From assembly GCA_043228905.1 (NCBI GenBank), contig JBHGNT010000006.1:18538001-18602000 (forward strand): DNA of 64,000 nucleotides. The letters run 5' to 3'. A model generated the notes under the pieces. That model was not told the origin of the DNA. It saw only the letters and a list, made by a program, of their open reading frames with translations, and made no database searches. The stretch is from Azolla caroliniana (Eukaryota > Plantae > Polypodiophyta). The position numbers and the translations under genes are program-made. Below, one piece after another: positions 48,001-58,872 of this stretch (within the stretch, counting starts at the first letter, position 1; the number at the start of each line of letters is the position of its first letter).

Positions 48001-48266
48001 ATAAAAATATGGCAAAGTGGCCTATGGTGGCCAACGACATTAAGAGATGCAGTACGATACGCAAAAGAATGTGACCTATGCCAGAGAATGGGCCAGCCAA
48101 CGGAGCAAGCTCGTATGCCACACCAGCCGGTACTACCACTCGAGCCATTCCAAAAGTGGGGGCTGGACTTTGCAGGACCGTTCAAGCCACCGGCAATGAG
48201 AACGGGTAATCGGTACGTTATCGTTGCTACGGATTACTGCACGAAATGGGTGGAGGCCAAAGCTTT
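45036..48266 (+). pseudogene. pol: B1 gag 3' end, protease, RT, RNase H and integrase N-terminus
   Basis: YCYYCRQEGH, IDGGSGVN, WLSPIVVVPKKNGKIRVCVDYRKLN, VFLDDF, VDASDIAIG, WGLDFAGP; few stops; no extra archaeal-type RNase H seen. Confidence 0.92.
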
Positions 48267-51200
48267 TGTTACCCGGACCCGGACAGGTCCAGTATGGATA
48301 ATTAATAGTAAAAATGGTACGTATCAGCTGGGATCATTAACCGGAGAGGTTTTACCGAAATGGGTAAATGGATTCCGGCTTAAACCGTATTTGGGAGATA
48401 TGTCGGTAAACCCGTTTATTCAAACGGAAGAATAAATAAATAAATAAATAAATAAATAAAACTAACTAACTCACTCAATAGTTCTTGTCAATGCAGAAAT
48501 AGAATCTTGCCATAACAGTCTGAATCGACTATAAATAGGAAGAGGAATTGCATGATTATTAGTAAGTGGTACAACCACTACACGTAGAGTTAATACTAAT
48601 TAATTCCTACATTAATAGCAATTACTATTCTTTAGTCATAATGCATAAGTTAATATCTTTAAAGCATATTTCTATATCTTCTGTGTCGCCAAAGCAACAG
48701 AAACGAGTGCAGATCTTGAAACATTCTGAGCCTTCGTGCCCTAGCTCGCCCAAACTCTGTTTTTCTGATTTTCATCGCTACAGAAGCTATGCAGATCTCC
48801 AACCGTCATCGACAAGTGATTCAGAACAAGCAAACACAGAAGTCATGCCGATTCCTGTGTCTGAAGAACTGCGACTGTGGCTTCATGAGAGAAACTTACA
48901 AGGTTTCATCAAAGTAGCAGAAGCGGAACCTCATCCGCAGGCGGAAGAATTGGTACAACAATTAGACATCACCAAGGTCACCACAAAGAAAATACGAAAT
49001 GCATTACAAATGCCAAGAGGAGGCTTTGAGGCAGTTAAAAAAACCTTCATCAGAAGCACTCCAATCGTATTTCGGGGAATACTCACCCTCGGCAAAAACA
49101 TATCAAACTTATGGAGGTCGGGATGAGTTTTTCCATGAAGTGGCTAGATTTTAACTAGAGGTGGGATTTGTCAGTCCCCGTTTTTATTGTATGCCGAAAA
49201 AAAGGGCTGGGTTTATCATAGCCGCATACGAAAAAGAGGATTTCAACTGGCCACTATTGTCGGGGGAAGCTCTGAGAGAGCAGCTACAAGGGGTAAAAAC
49301 AGGAAAAACCAATGAAGCAAATTTTTGGTCGTTGGCTATCGGTATTGTTTCCGATTCAAGAATCGGAAACTCTTGTTCAGTCAAGAAGACCACCGATAGT
49401 ACAAGCACCTCGAAGACACCGACAGGTAGCACATGAAGAATGGATAGAGGAAGAATCGGCACATGCCGATAATATACAAACGGATATGCCTCAGTCGGAA
49501 CCACCAAGACCGGAGAATTCCGAAAACAGGCAACCAGCAGCCGAACAAGAAACAGTTGACCATTTGATAAACAAGCAGCAGCCGATAGAAAATCGACAAC
49601 AAGCAGAGAAGATGCGACAAAGGACAAGGGTTAAACAAAAGGCTAATCGGCAATTCCAACCAGAAAACAGTGATGGGTCAGCACCGAAAAGGCAACGCAC
49701 AAAGGAAAATTCGAATACGCCTGTAATAGCAAAAGTAATAAAACCAGGGAATGAGAGCGTTTCGACACAACTTCAACAAGGACAATCTTCAAAAGTAGCA
49801 ATTCGGGAAGCACATGGGTGCTTGGATATTCCACCAGCAGCACATGAATTAGCTGCCATTTTACAGTTCGGAACTTCATACGAACTGGTTGAATGGTTGG
49901 CTAGAAGATTGACAGAAGTATCAGAACGGCTGGCTCAAGAACATAATGACCGAATAATGATACAGAAGGCCTTACGAGGAGTGTTGGAACCTCAAGAAAA
50001 AGCAGAGATAGAGAAAATCGGCCGGAAAAGAAATGCACAGAATAGAGGGGAGGCTATTGAAATGCCACCATTACATGAAGCACTGGTCGAAATTCATAGA
50101 GAATATGAAACGGCACGCAAAGCAGCCAGTGATATGGCTGAAAGATACAAAAGTGTATCAGCATCGGCGGAGGTGCTGAAACGTCAGTTTTGTAACATAC
50201 AGACAGAAAATAAAAAACTAAAAGAAAGTCTAAACAAATGGGAAACACAGGCATGACCTATGGCGTCGGAGTCAGAATGGCAGCAGAAATTGGAGGACGC
50301 TGAGAAAGCACGTCAAGCAGAAACAACAAGGGCCAACAATGCTGTATTTCGAACTACAGAATTAGAAAAACAAATAGAAACCATTCAGAATGGCCAATAC
50401 AAAGTTCTCGAAGAAAAAAATCAATTAATAAACGAATTACAGAAAAATCTGGAAGAAGCTAAGACGGCCAATTATACATATACCGAACAAATTGAGGAAT
50501 TCGAAAGGTATATAGTCTCACAGGAAAGTCAATTGACAGAAAAGGAGCGGAGTCTTGAAGAAGTCAACAAAAGAATTACGGAACACCAGGAGGAATGGAG
50601 CAAAGAGAAATCGGCATTCGAACAACAACTGAATGAAATTCGGAAGATATCGGAACAAAGGCGGCTGGACATATATGTAGTCGAATCCAAACTAATGCGG
50701 GCTGAAAGTGAAAACCGAGCCACTATTACGGATTTATGGAAAGAGTTGCAAACCGCTCAATTTGTCGCAAGCATCACTAAGGACAAAGTGCAGCACATCA
50801 TAGGGAAACATCGAAACCTAGCAAAGAAAATGATCGATGAATCCCTTGCGCAAGGATGGAAGTTATGGACGGCACAAGCGGCGGAGTTACAGTTATTCCG
50901 TGCCGACAAAAATAACCGTCAGGTCCAAGGTGCAGGTTTTTTTAAAATGGCACAAAAAGATATTGACAATATCCAAGAGGATATCATGAAAGATATGGAC
51001 GAAATTGCGGCATTTTACAGAGAAGAAATTCAACGTATTATGCTAGAATTCGACAAAAATGATATAGGCACTTCCGTCCAGTTGGATAAAATCGGAGCCG
51101 AAAGAACCAGCAAGACTCCTGGTCTTCAAGCTCCCGGAAGAAGTGAACCAGAGCAGCCAACCGAATCACAACATTCAAAACCTGCTCCGAATGACGACTG

Positions 51201-51815
51201 TGACACAGATGAAGATGAAGATGAAGAGGAAGATATAGATGGAATACATCCAAGGCCAGAAGAGCCTTCGATTTTTGATATTCTGAATGATTCGGATGAA
51301 GAGCTACAGGAATAGGCGTGGGTTCGCTGGACAAGGTCCTGGCCCACGGACGTGCCAAGTGTTACCCGGACCCGGACAGTCAGTTTTACCGAACAAGTGG
51401 GAAAGCGTCGAAAACGGAGTCGGTTCAGATCGACTGTTCGGATCAATGACTCAGCAGTGAACGAAGAGAACTAAGTTAGTTAGATAATTTTGTAATTCTT
51501 GATAGTAAGTAGGAATAGTTCTTGATGAGAAAAGACCTTCGGTATACCTATAAAAGGGAACCGAAGGCATTGTAAGAAAGGTCGTTTATTTAGTAATATA
51601 AGTTTAAGTTAGGAATATCATGTACGGATTCTGTGTTCTTTCTATTGTCTATGTTGTTAAGTGCAATCTTCCTAATTTATAACTAAGTAACGATCACGGT
51701 AATTACCGATTAATATAGTATATTTCCGTTCGTAAAACACAATTCCTTGTTAGAACGTTGAGTAGCGACGTTCACTCTTCTGTATCGGTAGTAGTTAGTA
51801 ATTAGCCGATTAACA
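48267..51815 (+). mobile_element. Internally deleted family B-related element (B2) inserted in the B1 integrase
   Basis: TSD GCTTT (48262-48266, 51816-51820). The 5' LTR is reduced to about 20 bp (TGTTACCCGGACCCGGACAG) fused to the integrase C-terminus; 3' LTR at 51360-51815. Confidence 0.92.
48641..51315 (+). pseudogene. Extra 3' ORF of B2 (globular N-terminal domain plus long coiled coil)
   Basis: Fragments 48641-49126, 49161-49436, 49312-50256 and 50260-51315 are collinear with the B1 extra ORF; broken by frameshifts in A-tracts and stops. Confidence 0.82.
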
Positions 51816-51840
51816 GCTTTACGGGATAACACCGCTGCGT

Positions 51841-54258
51841 TGTCGTAGTGTATTTTGTACACTACGTGAAAAACTTATAAAGTACCAATTTAATAAATAT
51901 GAATAAATAGTAGAAAATATTAAAATTTATATAACATGCATAGGGCAAGATTCGAACCTTGCACCTCCATGTTAATAATGTAATGTCTTACCATTACACT
52001 AGCATTTCATTTGTGTTTAAAAATAGATGTTCCACATAGAAAGCTTAGTTCACCTAGGATAAACTTTAGTTAAAAGAAAACGCATGCTAAAAGAAAAAGC
52101 TACACATGCACATCTAGCGTGCATGAACGCTATAGTTGATAAAAAAAACGCACAAGTTAGAAAAAGCATGATCACTTTAGATAAAGCATATAGTCTATCT
52201 ATAGGAAAAGCATGGAGTCTATAGTTAGAAAAAGAAAAGCATGGACTCCCTCATCACTACATAAGGATGGGGAGCACAATGTAATAGGTGTGTGAAAAAT
52301 ATTTGGGAAATTGGATATATTTCCTAAAACACCAATTAATATAATCGTGGGATTCACGAAAATAATATAATCTATACTTGTGGGATTCACAAGTTTCTTA
52401 TATCTTTCTTTCAATCTAAATACATATTCTTATCTAAATATTGATTAATCGAATACAATACACTCGTGGGATTCACGAAATTTCTATCTCTCTTTCTAAT
52501 AATCTATTCATTACTAGCCTCATCTCATATTCTTCTTTCTCTTAGTCCAAAACCTCGGCGGTTCCCACCTGACTCACGCAAACGATCCGGAGCCGAAAGG
52601 CACGACACAGTTGGTGAACCCGACGTGAAACCGGAGAGACGGGAGGTGGCAACAAGGTAAAGTCGGAAGCCGGTTCGGATGGAAGATGCCGGTTCGGATG
52701 GAAGATGATCCGTCTGAAATTCCGATGTAAACAAAAGCATGACAACGCGAAGGTCTGGTCTACGATGGGAGAAGCATGTAATACGGAGCACGCATTACGG
52801 CACCAAAAGAAGCACGTGCTACGGCGTAAAGAGAAGCACATGCTACGACGCAAAAAGAAGCACGCGCTACGGTGCAAAAATAAGCATGCACTACGGGGTA
52901 ATACGACGCATGCACTACAATGGAATACGAAGCATGCGCTACGGCCTAATACGACGCATGCGCAACATCGAGAAATAAAGCATGCATTAAAGCCGCACAA
53001 GGACCTAACAGCGAGCGCGTATTCGGAGGTCGACATCGACGCGTGGGTAGAACCTACGGAAGACAAGCGCGGAGTGGAGAGAGACAACACACCGAGATGC
53101 TCAAGAGTACCACAAGGGACCATGACAACCACTCATGGCAATGCAAAGAATGAACGGAGATTATGGTGGATCGGATGGCGACAATGGTTCGGGTGGAAAG
53201 ATTGGATGTGCTCAAAATGGAGAGACAAAGCCGACATAGCAAGAGAAACGGAGGGTACTACAAGTAAAGATGAATTACGAGGGCTGGTAATTGGAGACTG
53301 GATAGAGCCTGCAACCGAACAAAACTGGAAACCGGGCGAAGTCGACAACCAAAAACGGGAGACCGAATGGGGCCGACAACCAAAAATGACCAGCGACGAA
53401 ACCAACCATGCGGAGAATGGACGGACGAGACTAACAATCACCGACAACTTCGGCACATACCGGAGGATGTGCGGGTTCGGAGGGGGCGAGTGTCGTAGTG
53501 TATTTTGTACACTACGTGAAAAACTTATAAAGTACCAATTTAATAAATATGAATAAATAGTAGAAAATATTAAAATTTATATAACATGCATAGGGCAAGA
53601 TTCGAACCTTGCACCTCCATGTTAATAATGTAATGTCTTACCATTACACTAGCATTTCATTTGTGTTTAAAAATAGATGTTCCACATAGAAAGCTTAGTT
53701 CACCTAGGATAAACTTTAGTTAAAAGAAAACGCATGCTAAAAGAAAAAGCTACACATGCACATCTAGCGTGCATGAACGCTATAGTTGATAAAAAAAACG
53801 CACAAGTTAGAAAAAGCATGATCACTTTAGATAAAGCATATAGTCTATCTATAGGAAAAGCATGGAGTCTATAGTTAGAAAAAAAAAAAGCATGGACTCC
53901 CTCATCACTACATAAGGATGGGGAGCACAATGTAATAGGTGTGTGAAAAATATTTGGGAAATTGGATATATTTCCTAAAACACCAATTAATATAATCGTG
54001 GGATTCACGAAAATAATATAATCTATACTTGTGGGATTCACAAGTTTCTTATATCTTTCTTTCAATCTAAATACATATTCTTATCTAAATATTGATTAAT
54101 CGAATACAATACACTCGTGGGATTCACGAAATTTCTATCTCTCTTTCTAATAATCTATTCATTACTAGCCTCATCTCATATTCTTCTTTCTCTTAGTCCA
54201 AAACCTCGGCGGTTCCCACCTGACTCACGCAAACGATCCGGAGCCGAAAGGCACGACA
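51841..54258 (+). mobile_element. Complete non-autonomous family A derivative (TRIM/LARD-like, 2.4 kb)
   Basis: Near-identical LTRs at 51841-52607 and 53491-54258; 4-bp TSD GCGT; tRNA-Trp PBS at 52612-52629; PPT ggagggggcgag; 883-bp interior without gag or pol. Confidence 0.95.
52705..53556 (+). CDS. Basic KHALR-repeat / Trp-rich ORF (function unknown, may be non-coding)
   Basis: 283-aa ORF with about nine 21-bp repeat units and RRLWWIGWRQWFGWKDW; runs into the 3' LTR. Confidence 0.3.
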   Translation: MIRLKFRCKQKHDNAKVWSTMGEACNTEHALRHQKKHVLRRKEKHMLRRKKKHALRCKNKHALRGNTTHALQWNTKHALRPNTTHAQHREIKHALKPHKDLTASAYSEVDIDAWVEPTEDKRGVERDNTPRCSRVPQGTMTTTHGNAKNERRLWWIGWRQWFGWKDWMCSKWRDKADIARETEGTTSKDELRGLVIGDWIEPATEQNWKPGEVDNQKRETEWGRQPKMTSDETNHAENGRTRLTITDNFGTYRRMCGFGGGECRSVFCTLREKLIKYQFNKYE

Positions 54259-54262
54259 GCGT

Positions 54263-55110
54263 CAACGACAAAGTTTCTATATGAGTACATCTGGTGCCGT
54301 TACGGATGCCCCATTGAATTGATAAGTGACCAAGGGGGGCACTTCCTCGGACAAGTAGTGGAAAGCCTAACGACCTTCTATGCCGTGGTCCACAAACGAA
54401 GCACACCTTACTATCCACAGGCGAACGGATTAGCGGAATCAACAAACAAGACGCTCCAGAACATCCTTCAGAAGATCGTCAACGAGAACCGGACGGATTG
54501 GGACACAAAGCTACATAGCGCGCTTTGGGCATACCGGACGGCTTACAAAATGAGCATCCGAACAACACCGTTCCGGTTGGCGTTCAGACTCGAGGCAGTC
54601 ATGCCGGTAGAATTTCAAGTACCTAGCTTACGGATTCAGCTACGAGAACGGCTGAACGAGAAGGAGTTGGAGACAATAAGGTTGACAGCGCTGTGTGAGA
54701 TGGAGGAACAATGGTTGGCCAGCATCCTACATTTAGAATTAGAGCAACGGTGACGGAAAGCATTCGTCGACCGGCACAGGAAAGGTAACGAAAAAATGTT
54801 CGCAATTGGCAAACCAGTGCTAGTATTCCAAACCCGGATGGGTAAGATGCCGGGTAAACTAAGGTTTAGATGGACCGGACCATATTGGCTAACACGGGAG
54901 TATAATGGGTCCTACCAGTTGGGGACACTTGCCGAAGAAGTGCTGGGCAAATGGGTGAATGGATTCCGGTTAAAGGCATATAGAGGACCGATGCCTAAGA
55001 ACCCGTTTAACCAAAGGACCGACGGCAACCATGAAGATGGCAGAGACGGCGAGCCGGGAACCGGAGAGAATGAGGCCGGTAAGGGTCCGGGAGGACCAAT
55101 GGACATGTGA
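54263..55110 (+). pseudogene. pol: B1 integrase core and C-terminus
   Basis: ISDQGGHF, YYPQANGLAES, KLRFRWTGPY; no chromodomain. Confidence 0.9.
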
Positions 55111-55259
55111 CGTCACAGTAATAATAATAATAACTGGAAAAAAAAAAAACAATCATGCAAAATCGAGGAATGAATGGATGGAAGAGCGTGGAGCAAAAAG
55201 GTACGTAGTGGGCATTTAAAGCACCACCACAGGACATAATGCTATTTTAAGTACGCGAC

Positions 55260-58223
55260 ATGCACAAACTCGAAAAAGGCGCCAGAATGCACAGACAAAA
55301 ACCATTGCGCGTAGAGACCCTCTATTTTCACGAACCCAGGAGCACAGAAGCACCGAAACGCTGCAAGATCATCAGACGAGAACCTGCGCATAGAGAACCC
55401 CCGCCTTCTGAACTCTCTCTTTCTCAACCCCGCTCTCATCACCATCCATCCTCGCCACCGCAGTCCGACCCCGACACAGAAATGGACCCGCAAACGCTGT
55501 CGGAAGCCGCCAAGACATGGTTGAAGCAACACGGGCTCGAGGGCTTCCTGATGATGATGGAAGTACCGCCACACAAAGAAGCCGACAAAGTGATCAAGGA
55601 AATCGATACAGAGGTCATAACGGCAGAGGCGATTCCAGCGTTAACAGGCCTTCCGGAGGGAGGCATACTCACGATCGACAATCCAACCCCGGAGCAATTC
55701 ATCAGGTATTTTGGTGAGTACTCTCTAGCCAGCAAGGGCTACCGGACACAGGGCGGCGGAGATATGTTGTTCCGCGAAATTGCTCGTGTGCTCCATGAAT
55801 ACGGCCACGTATACCCCAGACCCCCTGTCATGCCGCAGAACCGGGCAGGGATGATCATCGCCACCTATGAAGGGATCAAGGTGGATTGGCCAGTATTGAT
55901 TGCAGACGGGTTGTGTGCGGCGATCGAGATCGTCAGAGGCAAAGACGGCAAAGAAGGCCGAGACGGACAAAGGATATGGCACGCAGTAACGCAATGGCTC
56001 ACCTTGCTGGTGCCACCCGTTCAGACCGTCCTGCCCAAGAAGCGAGGAAGAGTGCCGGACGACACACCAAGGACGGCTTCCAAACGGCAACAGCTATTGG
56101 CCTCGAAGGCCACTAAGGGAAAGGCGGTGGATGCAGAACAGGTGGCAGCAGGAAGCGGAAGCCGGAAGCGCCCAACGGAGGCGCAGGAGGAACAACCGGC
56201 ACGGCCCGTAAAGGTTACACTCCGCCGACCGGTGAATCGAGAAGTGGACCCCTTGGCGGCAAAACTCAATGCCGGAGCTCAGGAGGAGGAAATAGAGGAG
56301 GAGCCTCTGGAGCACCTCCAGTGACGGTCGTCAGCAAGGACCGTTGAGACTGCCGGGAAACGTGCGGACCCTCAGACAGAGGGAACACCGGCTCTCCAGA
56401 CTGAGACTCCCACACCAAGGAAGGAACCGGAACCGGTGCAGATGGCACCAGAAACAGAAGCCCCGGCACCACCGGCAACACCGGCAAGTCCCATCCCGGC
56501 AGAGCCGAAAAGGTCACTGCAGCCTCCCTCGGTCAGCCAAGAAGAAGCGCAAGGGGAACCAGGACAACAGGATGGTCCACGGGCAGAAAAGGAACTTCAA
56601 CTCGGCGCAACCAGGCGGGACCACCCCTCTACAAGTGAGCCCATCTATCAAACCTCCGTGCAAGCACAACAAGGCACCAGTAGCCTGTGGCTCCGGTGGA
56701 TAGGCGAACAGATAGCCGGAGCAGTGGGGTATATAGAGGCGGAAGAAAGAGCGCAAAGCAAACGGTTGCTCGTCACAACCGAACAACTAGAGACGGCCCG
56801 GTCCAGAATCCGGTGCCTTGAAAAAGATTTGGATCAGGTCACGACAGAGATGGCCAAAATACGGATCCAATCACCGGTGACTCCGGTAAGTGTACAGAAA
56901 GAAACGGAACGACTTGTACATAGCAATAAGACCCCGGCAATGGAAACCGTTCCGGCGAGAGATGCGGCGCAAGCTCGGGAGCTTGCGGAATTGAGAGAGG
57001 AACTTGCCGCACAAGAAGCGCTAAGGAGTCGTGAACGAGAATTGAAGACGGCGGTCGAAGCCAAAGTAAAGAAGACTGCTGAGAACCTCCGCCGGGCAGA
57101 GGAGAGCCTCCGGAAAGGCCATCAAGCATACGACTGGCTAAAGGAGGAGAAAGAAAAAGTGCTGCAGGAAAAAGACAAGCTGCGGAAAACGGCGGAAACA
57201 GAGATAGAACGGCTAAAGGAAGAGCTCCGCCAGCAGAAGGACCACGAGGATCGGGCCCGTCGTCAGATCAACGCACGGCTCAAGCAAAAGACGGATGATT
57301 TTGAGCACCTGCACCGGGACTACAAACGGCTGGAAATAGAGCATAAAGAACGGATGGCCGAGCTCCAGTAGGCAGTTGATCGGGCCGCAACGGCAATCGC
57401 TGACGAACGGGCGGAAAATACAAGATGCTTGGAAGAGGCGGAGAAGGTCCGGATGGAGCTCCAGAAGCACCAGCAGGAAGACAAAGAGAGAGCATCTACA
57501 GTATTGCAGAAATTACAAAGTACATATCAAAGGCAACTGACATATTACAAGGCGCAGGCGGAGGACAACGTAAAAATCATCAAACAACTGAAGGAGGAAC
57601 GACAAACGGCGGAAACCAAATCGCAATTGGGAATGAGCCGGATTCAGTCCATCCTCCGGGCATGGCTGAATCAGATGAAGCACTTGATTGATAAATGCTC
57701 CGTAAAATGGTGGACAAAGTGGGCACAAAACGCGGCGGAACTCCAGTTGCTACAGGCGGATGTGGCAAACCGGCGGAAGGAAGGAGATGACTGTTATACA
57801 CTGACTTCCGAGGACTTCACCGCCATACGGGACGAGCTGGCCGACGACTTCCAAGTCCTGGCAGATGAACAGCTGGCGCAGGTCAGGTAGCTCGTAGCTC
57901 AGCTGGACGATGATAGGTTGGACGCTCAAATCCAGTTTGAAAGCTACGAGAAGAAAAAGCACATGAAGCGACAACGGTTAACCTTAGTGATGAGGAACCG
58001 TCGTCGGCTGAGGGCCAGCCGGGAACCAATCAACCGGAGACCACCACGACGCAGGGAGCAACGACGAAGATGCCGGTGTCAGAGCCACAAACGAAGGAGC
58101 AGCCGCAACAACCACCAACGGACCCGCCGCAGCAGACAGCAACAGCAACAACAACAACCACTTCCAGATGAACCATTGGAGCCTCTCGAACAGAGCATTC
58201 TGGACATTTTGGACGAAGAATAG
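55260..58223 (+). pseudogene. Extra 3' ORF of B1 (about 3 kb; globular domain, Pro-rich linker, coiled coil, acidic tail)
   Basis: Fragments 55260-56324, 56436-57371, 57429-57890 and 57918-58223; homologous to the B2 extra ORF. Confidence 0.85.
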
Positions 58224-58233
58224 CAAGGGTCGG

Positions 58234-58275
58234 TTGTGGATTCAACGTACAAGGTACTGTCCCACGGGCGTGCCA
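58234..58275 (+). other. tRNA 3'-half-like structure at the PPT position of B1 (homologue at 51317-51357 in B2)
   Basis: TTGTGGATTCAA-CGTACAAGGTACT-GTCCCACGGGCGTGCCA, then 2 nt, then the LTR; no purine tract. Confidence 0.7.
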
Positions 58276-58690
58276 TGTGTTACCGGCCGGCAAAGGAGTC
58301 CAGAGTGGGAAACAGAGAGCTAATTAAGTAGTAGGAATGTGGTTGTAATTAAGCTATGAGTGTGGACGGACGGACGGACCGGAATCGATCCCGAACAGGT
58401 GCGGATGGCACCGTTTTGTAATACAGACCGGAAACCTATTTAAAGGCCCGGATACAATGTAATAATTAGCGGTTAATTAATGAAAGCTTAAGTGTTGTTA
58501 TATCTCTGTGTCAATTGCCGTTCTGTCTTAATTGTTATATCTTACGAGTGTTATGAAGACGATCCTAATAAGTAACTTGATTAAGTCGGATTAAGCGTTG
58601 AAGTCTAATCCGGTTGCCGTAACACCTTTTGGTGAAGTGTCTCCCGTAGACACCCTGTGTGAGGCCATTGTCCGGCCCGAAGAGTTAACA

Positions 58691-58867
58691 TAAAGATAAG
58701 TTATTACAATGGTAAAGTTGAAGTTTATCTACGTGGAGGTGTAGGGTTTGAATCTTGCCCTATGCACGTGATAAATATTTTGATATATTATTTATTTATT
58801 TATATGTATCTAAAATCGGATATATTATTTTATGGTTTTCACGTAGTGTGTGGAATACACTACGACA
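58691..58867 (-). repeat. Remainder of the family A LTR split by B1
   Basis: Matches 19499-19675 and ends CTACGACA. Confidence 0.9.
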
Positions 58868-58872
58868 CCTCA

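Larger units (their letters stand above)
30274..58690 (+). mobile_element. Full-length family B gypsy element (B1) expanded to 28.4 kb by nested insertions
   Basis: LTRs 30274-30703 and 58278-58690; TSD TAAAG (30269-30273, 58691-58695); PBS TGGCGACCAC at 30711-30720. Coding pieces at 30757-32246, 45036-48266, 51821-51840, 54263-55110 and 55260-58223. Confidence 0.95.

Noticed and set aside
50260-51315. Host SMC/myosin-like coiled-coil gene
   Set aside because: It lies between TSD-bounded element ends, has no introns and is homologous to the B1 extra ORF.
52780-52995. 21-bp repeat array as a CRISPR-like array
   Set aside because: Units are contiguous degenerate tandem repeats with no unique spacers and no cas genes, in a eukaryotic transposon.
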